From a virus (lineage: Duplodnaviria; Heunggongvirae; Uroviricota; Caudoviricetes): a DNA stretch of 22,862 nt. The stretch's first letter is position 1, and each line of letters starts with the position of its first letter. The notes beneath the pieces were generated by a model. That model saw only the letters and a program-made list of their open reading frames with translations, ran no database searches and was not told where the DNA came from. The stretch lies in IMG/VR virus record IMGVR_UViG_3300020582_000005, one strand, 5' to 3'. The translations under genes and the position numbers were made by a program. This document shows, in pieces, positions 14,519 through 21,444 of the stretch.

Positions 14519-14631
14519 TATTTCTTCCGTGTCAAAACGTACTCAAACTTCTTTTTCAAGAAAGTGACTAAAGTATTATGCTGCTTTTCCCACTCTTTAT
14601 ACGTCAGTTCTTGCTCAATTTTCTTATCCAC
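14518..14631 (-). CDS. Small hypothetical protein (37 aa, GTG start)
   Basis: AGGTGA SD; TAATG overlap with next gene. Confidence 0.6.
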   Translation of the reverse strand: MDKKIEQELTYKEWEKQHNTLVTFLKKKFEYVLTRKK

Positions 14632-14686
14632 TATTCACCTTTTAACTTAAGTGCCAGTTGTTTACCGTGGTGACTGGCAACCACTC

Positions 14687-14770
14687 TGGTCGGTCACAGA
14701 GGATTTGAACCTCTATGCTGTTAAGCGGCGGGGTTTAAGTCCGCTGCGTATGCCATTCCGCCAGTGACCG
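14687..14770 (-). tRNA. tRNA-Leu(TAA)
   Basis: Long V arm, A73, loop CT-TAA-AC; C1-G72. Confidence 0.9.
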
Positions 14771-14815
14771 AAGATTGTTTCTTATTTCTTCCACAATATG
14801 TTGATGTTTGTGAAT

Positions 14816-14900
14816 TGGTACGGCTAGAGGGATTTGAACCCCCATGGCTGTTAACCGGTAGGGTCTAAACCTACTGTGTCTGCCTTTCCACCACAGCCGT
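14816..14900 (-). tRNA. tRNA-Leu(TAG)
   Basis: Long V arm, A73, loop TT-TAG-AC. Confidence 0.92.
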
Positions 14901-14912
14901 ATAGTTTATTTC

Positions 14913-14997
14913 TGGTCGGTAATGAGGGAGTCGAACCCACATGAATTGCTTCGCCGCTTTTTGAGAACGGTGCGTCTGCCAGTTCCGCCAATCACCG
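14913..14997 (-). tRNA. tRNA-Leu(CAA)
   Basis: Long V arm, A73, loop CT-CAA-AA; C1-G72. Confidence 0.9.
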
Positions 14998-15001
14998 AAA
15001 A

Positions 15002-15271
15002 TTACATAATGTTTCCAAACAATAAAGCTGTTAACGAACAGCCTAACACAAAGAATAAGAAATCTATTCCAGAACTAAACCACGTTTGTTTATCTTCCCA
15101 AGGAGCACATCCTAAAGACTCCAGCGCCTCTTTGAAACCTGTAAAAAGAAGAGTCAACATAAATGGATGCCAGAAATGAACACGAGCGAATAAGAAAGGA
15201 AGATAAGCTCCCCAAGCTAAATGTGCTAACTGAGCCACCATCCAATTAAAATTATTTGGTTTCATGTCCAT
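15002..15271 (-). CDS. Small multi-pass membrane protein
   Basis: 89 aa with 2-3 hydrophobic segments. Confidence 0.7.
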   Translation of the reverse strand: MDMKPNNFNWMVAQLAHLAWGAYLPFLFARVHFWHPFMLTLLFTGFKEALESLGCAPWEDKQTWFSSGIDFLFFVLGCSLTALLFGNIM

Positions 15272-15647
15272 CTGGATACTTTGTATAATCCGATTCGATC
15301 TGCTTGACTGCTTCGGTCAAAGTCTTGAAACCGTAAACTGCCCATTTAGGTGCCGATTCGTTATCTACAGCTAAGCCTAGATTCCAAACATCTTCTGCTG
15401 GATGCTGATACAACCCAATCAAGTTATGTTCTTTTGCAAAAGCGTTAAACTGATCCCACGCTACTTGAGCTTCCTGTTCCGTTTCCGGACTATAAGCTAT
15501 CGGCTGCATCATAACAATCTTATTGTGCATCGGTTTAAATACTTCTACTCGGTGCATCTTCTGCAAATCGACAGCTGCTTGATCTAACTTCACTTTTACT
15601 ACACCAAGAGACAGTAAGGAAACCAACATTAGCAGAACTATTTTCAT
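15252..15647 (-). CDS. Hypothetical protein with N-terminal signal/anchor
   Basis: 131 aa; ATGA coupling. Confidence 0.72.
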   Translation of the reverse strand: MKIVLLMLVSLLSLGVVKVKLDQAAVDLQKMHRVEVFKPMHNKIVMMQPIAYSPETEQEAQVAWDQFNAFAKEHNLIGLYQHPAEDVWNLGLAVDNESAPKWAVYGFKTLTEAVKQIESDYTKYPDGHETK

Positions 15648-15808
15648 TTTCCACCGGGAAGGCTTAGTGATTCTGCCTTCAATTTTCTTAACTCTTCGTC
15701 CATAGCTTTCTTAAACATCTTAACGTGTCGCTTTGTCAAGATATAATCGTCGACAATCAAGCCTAACCAAATACAAATCAGATAAAAGATCAACCAAACT
15801 GGTAGCAT
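15644..15808 (-). CDS. Small membrane protein (54 aa, MLPVWLIFYLICIWLGLIVDD...)
   Basis: TAATG and ATGA overlaps with both neighbours. Confidence 0.7.
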   Translation of the reverse strand: MLPVWLIFYLICIWLGLIVDDYILTKRHVKMFKKAMDEELRKLKAESLSLPGGK

Positions 15809-16005
15809 TATCTACCGACAAAAAATGGGTTAGCTGATCCATCTAAATGCAATCGAACTTTCGGATTCGCTGGACCCCAAATAGTAATAACATAAGGATT
15901 AGGAGTTCCATCACTTAGTTTCGTTGCTTGCGAATGCAATGCGCCTGCGGCTTGCACCGATTCTTCTTCAATTTTAAATCCAACAACCGGTTTAGTTGCT
16001 GCCAT
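15808..16005 (-). CDS. Hypothetical protein
   Basis: 65 aa, AAGGAGA SD. Confidence 0.72.
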   Translation of the reverse strand: MAATKPVVGFKIEEESVQAAGALHSQATKLSDGTPNPYVITIWGPANPKVRLHLDGSANPFFVGR

Positions 16006-16014
16006 AAAATCTCC

Positions 16015-16314
16015 TTAAAATCCACCAGGGGCTGGATTGTTACTTGAATTCAAATTAACAATTTGAAAATTTACACCTGAGACATTAGCACCTGCCATCG
16101 TGACGCTATGAGAATAACGACAAGTCGTCGTAGCAACTCCTGTTGATATAACCGTCAAAACGTATGTTCTCAAGTCGGGAACAGTAAATGTAAAATTTCC
16201 GCTGGCATCACAAATATACGTTTGATTGATGTCACCTCTATCGGAGATTAATTCTATGGTGGCTCCGGAGCCAGTTGCTCCACCTACGTTTCCTGTGATC
16301 GTGAAATTTGCCAT
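16015..16314 (-). CDS. Beta-sandwich-like putative surface protein
   Basis: 99 aa; ITGNV..GATIEL...CDASGNFTF...YVLT pattern like carboxypeptidase-regulatory-like domains. Confidence 0.65.
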   Translation of the reverse strand: MANFTITGNVGGATGSGATIELISDRGDINQTYICDASGNFTFTVPDLRTYVLTVISTGVATTTCRYSHSVTMAGANVSGVNFQIVNLNSSNNPAPGGF

Positions 16315-16361
16315 GATACCTCAAAAGTGACTAGCCTTTCGTTTTCACACCGGCATAGCCC

Positions 16362-16435
16362 TGGTAGACCATCAGGGATTCGAACCCCGATTTCTCGTTA
16401 ATCGGACGAGCGTCCTACCGTTGGACGAATAGTCT
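16362..16435 (-). tRNA. tRNA-Ile(GAT) with atypical anticodon loop
   Basis: AGACTAT/ATGGTCT, loop CC-GAT-TA (C33, U37), CCA. Confidence 0.83.
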
Positions 16436-16508
16436 ATTTTATATTTATCACTGAATCTATACAAAGCCAAATCAAAACTGATAACAATATTGCTATAAGC
16501 CAAAACAT
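16434..16508 (-). CDS. Small membrane peptide (24 aa, MFWLIAILLSVLIWLCIDSVINIK)
   Basis: TAATG coupling; TAG overlaps first 2 nt of tRNA-Ile(GAT). Confidence 0.5.
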   Translation of the reverse strand: MFWLIAILLSVLIWLCIDSVINIK

Positions 16509-16642
16509 TAAAATGGTGTCAGAAAAGGAATCGAATCTTGAAGTGCTTTCTCAAATATGAAAGGACCCATGCCGGGAACTAAATCCCAAATTTCGTCATC
16601 AGTAAGTTCATCCTTTTCCGGTTTCTCTTTGTCTTCGTTCAT
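16508..16642 (-). CDS. Small acidic protein (44 aa, MNEDKEKPEKDELTDDEIWDLV...)
   Basis: AAAGGA SD immediately after the RNase P RNA 3' end. Confidence 0.65.
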   Translation of the reverse strand: MNEDKEKPEKDELTDDEIWDLVPGMGPFIFEKALQDSIPFLTPF

Positions 16643-16652
16643 AAAATTCCTT

Positions 16653-16951
16653 TGGAGAGTCGATAGCCCGGATTCTGTCTTCGCTCGTGCGAACGGAGAT
16701 GATCATTCGTCTGAGCTTCCTACCCGACCAGCAAAACTTGAGCTAGAAGGTCTGTTTGGAATTGCTACTCGTATGGAGTTATCTCCAGCCTGTAGGATAT
16801 CACTTAGGGCTGGCAGCTTTACCCGTCACGTTACCGTGCTTGCAGCTTCCACAATACGATTGCTCGTGTAGTCCGGAACTTCCTCAATCGACCAGCCGCC
16901 AATCTTATGAAGATTTGACGCTGCAATCGACTGCGATCATCTGACTCTCCA
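16653..16951 (-). ncRNA. rnpB: Ribonuclease P RNA (type A-like, reduced specificity domain)
   Basis: P1 TGGAGAGTC/GACTCTCCA; P2 AGATGATC/GATCATCT; CR-I GAGGAAGTTCCGGAC and CR-V ACAGAATCCGGGCTA forming P4; P5 CTAC/GTAG; P6 GAGC/GCTC; P7 TCGTAT/ATACGA; P15 TTCC/GGAA; L15 GGGTA; P16 GACC/GGTC; AGACGAAT before P2; P19 TTCGC/GCGAA. Confidence 0.92.
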
Positions 16952-16956
16952 GAATC

Positions 16957-16985
16957 AGAATATCGAACTCTTGGAACATTGTCAA
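16957..16985 (-). promoter_or_regulatory. sigma70-type promoter of the RNase P RNA
   Basis: TTGACA-17 bp-TATTCT; predicted start at about G16950, the first G of P1. Confidence 0.85.
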
Positions 16986-17084
16986 GCGTTATTTGCTGTC
17001 CCAAAGCTGTTGCAGAGGGTACACGAATTGTTCCAGAGTTGATAATAAAGGAATTATGCACGAAAATGAGTACAGACCTTTATT

Positions 17085-17625
17085 CTGTCACCGAGTACTG
17101 TCACTTAATGCTGTCACAAAATGGCGATCCTGTATACACCTATATAGATGTATATACCTTTATTGTCTATATAGGCGTATACACCTTATACCGTTACACT
17201 ATGTCGCCGGTCGAATTTTATGCATTTTGATACAATGACAGAATCTTTTATGCAGTGCGTCTGCAAGTTCTTTAGAATCAATTCACCACAGACGACGGAA
17301 ATATACTGTCACCTAGATAGTGTCACCTAGACGGAGAAAGAGAGAAAAGCTTATTTTTTAAATTTTTATATCAAAAGGAGAAGAAAAAGAATATAGATGG
17401 AGAACTATACCTCTTTTTATTGAAAACAAAGGACTTATAAGAAATTGAAAATAAAATGTAAAATAATCATTCAAAAATGAGATCAGATTTTTAAAATATA
17501 AGGTTTTAGTGTCTCTCCCACGGGGTGACAGTATTTTCATCGTTTTGCCAGCTAAGTCCTTTGTTCAGTAGGAGAAATACTGTCACTGAACTCGCTCGTA
17601 TTGTGTCACCTAGCCTAAGTGACAC
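17085..17625. repeat. TGTCAC iteron-like repeats with AT-rich tracts
   Basis: Copies near 17085, 17098, 17111 (13-bp period), 17307, 17321, 17581, 17604 and inverted copies near 17525, 17619. Confidence 0.7.
17151..17203. repeat. 18-bp inverted repeat with 17-nt spacer
   Basis: tgtatacacctatataga / tctatataggcgtataca (1 mismatch). Confidence 0.8.
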
Positions 17626-17683
17626 CTTCCGGCTTAACTTTTGAAAATAAAATGCAAAATAAAATTGAAAATTATTTTTAAAT

Positions 17684-18220
17684 TTAGATGTGAACTTTTT
17701 CTATAGAAATTATTATTTTGAATTCGTCGTCTCCAGCTTCTAATACTTCACTAACTAGTAGTGCCCAAGATCGCAGAGCAGTAGCCATTTCTTTCGCTCT
17801 TCCAGTTTTTTGAAATTTTGTGTAATCAGATGGTAGGTGTAATCCAGAGAGTTTAGCTCGTTCTACTAAATCCCACACTCCTAAGCCAGGACATTTGTTG
17901 GTAGCAGCTAAATGAAAGTTTTTAGAAGCTAGTTTTTGAGCAAGGTTGAGAGTTTCTTTACTCTCTTGTAGGCATGTTTTGAGTTCCCGAAGAGTTTTCT
18001 GTAATATGTTGTCATCGTTTAAATCTTTGTTTTCAAGAGCTTGTCTAAGTTGCAGTTTTAAGCAACCACAACTTTTAGTTCTTCCCGATTGAAGCTTATC
18101 TCCTCTAGCGATGGTAGTTTTACCGCAGTCACAATGGCATAACCATAATTGATGGCTTGAGTGGCTCCTCTCAAATTTTTCTACAACTAATCTTTCAAAC
18201 CGATCACCTTCTTTAATCAT
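17684..18220 (-). CDS. Protein with N-terminal Cys-rich module of HNH/AP2-family endonucleases, no catalytic domain seen
   Basis: GDRFERLVV...WLCHCDCGKT...L.SGRTKSCGCL; AGGAG SD before ATG 18220. Confidence 0.72.
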   Translation of the reverse strand: MIKEGDRFERLVVEKFERSHSSHQLWLCHCDCGKTTIARGDKLQSGRTKSCGCLKLQLRQALENKDLNDDNILQKTLRELKTCLQESKETLNLAQKLASKNFHLAATNKCPGLGVWDLVERAKLSGLHLPSDYTKFQKTGRAKEMATALRSWALLVSEVLEAGDDEFKIIISIEKVHI

Positions 18221-18259
18221 AATCGCTCCTGGGCGGGGTATTATACCCCGGTCAAGTAT

Positions 18260-18288
18260 AGGATAACACAAGTGTTAGTTAATGTCAA
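18260..18288 (-). promoter_or_regulatory. sigma70-type promoter (leftward)
   Basis: TTGACA-17 bp-TATCCT with TGn. Confidence 0.7.
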
Positions 18289-18858
18289 GAGGTATTTTGG
18301 GTTTAATAAGTCCTGGGCGGGTGTAGTGGGTGGTATACCCCACCCTGTAAGTATATGAAAATAAAGTATTTGTGGCAAATTTTAATTTCTGCCGATCTAC
18401 CCTTGGGGGCTGGTCGCACGGGTCCGATTCTAATAGACTGATTCTAAAATACTTAGCAATCAAAGCGATTTAGCCTCTTCACTAAGTCTTTTATTTTGAA
18501 TAACTTAACTTTTGCCCTCGATTCCCTTGCGTTCCGGAACGTTGCATCGCTTGCAAAACGCCTAAAATCGTTGATTCATTGCAGGTTTAAGTCTTTTATT
18601 ATCATTACATTAGCCTTGCAATAGAATACACTAATCAATCTCCCTACTGCGAGCCGAAAACAGTGAATTTTCCGCATAAATTGCTGAAAACAAACAATTT
18701 GTTGCGTATTTTCTCGAATTTTTCGGCAAAATTTTCATTTCTATAGTATTTCCTCGCACGTGTAACCTGTCCAATCGGCTCGCTATCGCTTATAACTCTT
18801 TTATTTTGTTCAATTTATCTAAGTATAAAATTATTCTTCGTTTCGCCTTGAAAATATG

Positions 18859-18887
18859 TTGACAGGACACACTCAATATGGTAAGAT
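18859..18887 (+). promoter_or_regulatory. sigma70-type promoter (rightward)
   Basis: TTGACA-17 bp-TAAGAT with TGn, AT-rich upstream. Confidence 0.75.
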
Positions 18888-19054
18888 AATTGCGGGAGAA
18901 TTGTATGCGAAAATGTAGAAAATGCAGTGTGGAAACAGTTTAAAATCAGACGCTTCCGACAAAGAGTTAATCGCTCTGGGAAGAGACGCAAAACGAAGAA
19001 AATTATCCTCGTAATATTATCATTCTAAACGTGATATTTTCTTGTAAATAAAGC

Positions 19055-19085
19055 TTGCAATTGTCAGAGTGAACTGTGATATACT
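19055..19085 (+). promoter_or_regulatory. Possible extended -10 promoter
   Basis: TGA-TATACT; TTGCAA 19 bp upstream (suboptimal spacing). Confidence 0.5.
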
Positions 19086-19104
19086 CTGATCGAAGGGAGA
19101 ACCG

Positions 19105-19272
19105 ATGCGACGATACCAAACAAAGAAGTATACCAAAGCACAAGGTGAGCATATTCTTTGGCACGTTCTAGGACACTTGCAATACGATCAACCCGGAACG
19201 TCCGAAGGATACCCGGAGACATGGCTTGCGATTCAACAAATCAAGCAATTGCTAGGCGTCTCAGTAGCTTAG
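19105..19272 (+). CDS. Small hypothetical protein (55 aa)
   Basis: GGGAGA SD, manual translation MRRYQTKKYTKAQGEH... Confidence 0.65.
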   Translation: MRRYQTKKYTKAQGEHILWHVLGHLQYDQPGTSEGYPETWLAIQQIKQLLGVSVA

Positions 19273-19311
19273 GTAATTGAGAGTAAAATCTACTCAAAGA
19301 GGATAAACAAA

Positions 19312-20133
19312 ATGCGAACCTATCACGCAATGAGCAACGAAGAGATACAACGATACGCTCCGTCGGCGTTCGCAGGGCAACCGTATCAAGCGATGTCTGA
19401 TCGTTATGCCTTCGTCCCAACGTCCGAAGTAATTGACGGTATGCGTTCCGCCGGATTCAATCCAGTTCTGGCATCGCAGTCTTCTAGCAGGATTGCAGAC
19501 AAGAAAAACTTCACTAAGCATATGATTCGTTTCCGGTCCGCAAACAGTCAATTGACTAACGTCGGAGACTCGGACCTTGAAACGGTTTTGATTAACTCTC
19601 ACGATGGAACGTCACGCTACGTTTTGATGCTTGGCGTGTTCCGTCTTGTCTGTAGCAATGGTTTAATCGTGGCAGATTCGCTTGTCACTGCCATTAAGGT
19701 CCGACACATTGGCAACATCATACAGAGCGTAATCGATGGTTCACTCGAATTGATCGATCAGGCACCGAAAATACAGAAGACTATCGACACTTGGCGAACA
19801 ATCACGTTAACGGAACAGGAGCAAGGTGTATTTGCGCAGTCTGCACATATGCTCCGTTTTCCGGAACAGGAAAGCACGCTGGCACAAGCCATCAAACCCG
19901 CATCATTGCTTAAGGCTCGCCGGTATGACGATACTGGCAGTGACCTTTGGTCTACATTCAACCGTGTGCAAGAAAACGCCATTCAAGGCGGTATGCGTGG
20001 CATAGTTCGCAATGGTTACCGCCTGTCACGTCGAACCGCACGTTCTGTCACTGGAATAGATCAGAACGTCAACCTGAACAAAGCACTATGGCGTCTAGCA
20101 GAGGAAACGGCACAAGCAAAGCAGAGCAACTAG
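19312..20133 (+). CDS. DUF932/DUF945 family protein
   Basis: APSAFA..SDRYAFVPT..KHMIRFR..LINSHDGTSRY...G.FRLVCSNG..RRYDD...DLWSTFNRVQEN motifs. Confidence 0.9.
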   Translation: MRTYHAMSNEEIQRYAPSAFAGQPYQAMSDRYAFVPTSEVIDGMRSAGFNPVLASQSSSRIADKKNFTKHMIRFRSANSQLTNVGDSDLETVLINSHDGTSRYVLMLGVFRLVCSNGLIVADSLVTAIKVRHIGNIIQSVIDGSLELIDQAPKIQKTIDTWRTITLTEQEQGVFAQSAHMLRFPEQESTLAQAIKPASLLKARRYDDTGSDLWSTFNRVQENAIQGGMRGIVRNGYRLSRRTARSVTGIDQNVNLNKALWRLAEETAQAKQSN

Positions 20134-20205
20134 TTTGATTGTAGTCTCTGTCCTATTCTCTCGGAGTAGGACAGGGGAAACAATCAAGCAATGAAAGGAG
20201 AAAAC

Positions 20206-20493
20206 GTGTTTACTATCAGTCAAGGCAAAGGGTTTCAATTGACGTTCAAAAATGGTTGGACAGTCTCTGTCCAATTCGGAACGGGCAACTATTGCGAACG
20301 TCAAAACTACCAAGCAAAATTTGAGTCAGAGCGTAACACTCGCCGATGGCAGAGTCTGACGGCGGAAATAGCTGCATGGTCCGCCCTATACCAGTTAGAA
20401 GAGACTGCCAGAGCACAAGCTAAACTCTGGCGCAACCCCGACACTGCGGAGCAACAAAAACTCGAAAGGGAACACAATATCTATTCACTCTAA
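20206..20493 (+). CDS. Phage hypothetical protein (GTG start)
   Basis: AAAGGAGA SD; GFQLTFKNGWTVSVQFG.GNYCE motif. Confidence 0.75.
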   Translation: MFTISQGKGFQLTFKNGWTVSVQFGTGNYCERQNYQAKFESERNTRRWQSLTAEIAAWSALYQLEETARAQAKLWRNPDTAEQQKLEREHNIYSL

Positions 20494-20499
20494 GGAGCA

Positions 20500-20880
20500 A
20501 TGATGCGAATATCGAACGATGCAATCCCTAAGCAACCATCAATGCTTTGTTACAATGATCAAGCAAAACTGGCACACTCTAGAAACATGCGGAGCATATA
20601 CCGTCAAGCATCAAAGCTTTTGCCTGAGTTTACGCTCAAGGTACATTTTAACAAAGGCGGAATTGCTGTTTGGGGAGAAACAAGCGCACACATATGTGCT
20701 GTAGACAATTCGCTTCCACTTGGCGAACGTCCCGTAGTCGAAGCATACGATACTTCGATGGGTTTATTGGTTCGCCAATGGAACGGGAGCAATTCCGGCG
20801 GTAATCACTACGTGCAAACGTTGGAGCAATTCGTCAACCTAGTTAAGGAGTTAGCCAGCAAACCATTCGTCAGGTTTTAA
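20500..20880 (+). CDS. Hypothetical protein
   Basis: 126 aa, AAGGAG SD. Confidence 0.78.
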   Translation: MMRISNDAIPKQPSMLCYNDQAKLAHSRNMRSIYRQASKLLPEFTLKVHFNKGGIAVWGETSAHICAVDNSLPLGERPVVEAYDTSMGLLVRQWNGSNSGGNHYVQTLEQFVNLVKELASKPFVRF

Positions 20881-20904
20881 CTCAAATTGAAAGGAGCATT
20901 AACA

Positions 20905-21378
20905 ATGAGCACACGTTGTCAGATAGAATTTTATGATGCGGAACGATTGTACGAAGGGGAGTCTTCACAATTCATCGGTGAGCCTACAGCACGCATATAC
21001 CATCATTCAGACGGGTATCCTTCGTATATTCTCCCGTCCCTAAGATGGCTTGAAAAGTTTTTGTCTACTCCTTTGCCGATGTACGGCACACGGCAAACAG
21101 ATACCGCATGGGCCGCCACAGAATTTGTCGTACAGCATCGGTTGCGGTCCGATGCAAAACGCCCGAAAAATTGTACCACTAATTTTGCTGGCGGGTATCG
21201 TTCGCACGGTTGCGTCTATATTGACAATCAAATACACGGAGATATTGAATATTTATACCGTGTAATCTGTTCCGAGCAATGGACAATCAAGGTATACCGT
21301 CCCATCTCACAGGGGTTTGAGATTACGGGATTCACAGAGATAACTCCAGATGAATTGAAAGCTTTAATCAAAGAATAG
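20905..21378 (+). CDS. Phage hypothetical protein (MSTRCQI...YHHSDGYP type)
   Basis: AAAGGAG SD; HxDGYP motif familiar from phage hypotheticals. Confidence 0.78.
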   Translation: MSTRCQIEFYDAERLYEGESSQFIGEPTARIYHHSDGYPSYILPSLRWLEKFLSTPLPMYGTRQTDTAWAATEFVVQHRLRSDAKRPKNCTTNFAGGYRSHGCVYIDNQIHGDIEYLYRVICSEQWTIKVYRPISQGFEITGFTEITPDELKALIKE

Positions 21379-21444
21379 ATTACAGTGTCTATCCTATTCG
21401 CTTGAATGGGATAGGCGAAGTAATCTCGAATTGAAAGGAGCACT

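Noticed and set aside
16315-16361. Theta ribozyme after tRNA-Ile(GAT)
   Set aside because: Forms a simple branched hairpin; no double-pseudoknot elements
2970-16435. Suppressor tRNAs or stop-codon recoding
   Set aside because: No CTA, TTA or TCA anticodons found, and genes read intact with TAA, TAG and TGA as stops
16514-16546. tRNA 3'-half-like sequence (AAGATTCGATTCCTTTTCTGACACCA)
   Set aside because: No matching 5' acceptor strand, and it lies in-frame inside the 44-aa ORF
16557-17238. ORFs 16557, 16756, 16831, 16979, 16993
   Set aside because: Overlap the RNase P RNA, its promoter or the repeat region; no SD or protein-like features
18905-19051. Short ORFs after the 18859 promoter (12 aa and 42 aa)
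   Set aside because: SD and reading frame disagree; cannot choose or support a gene
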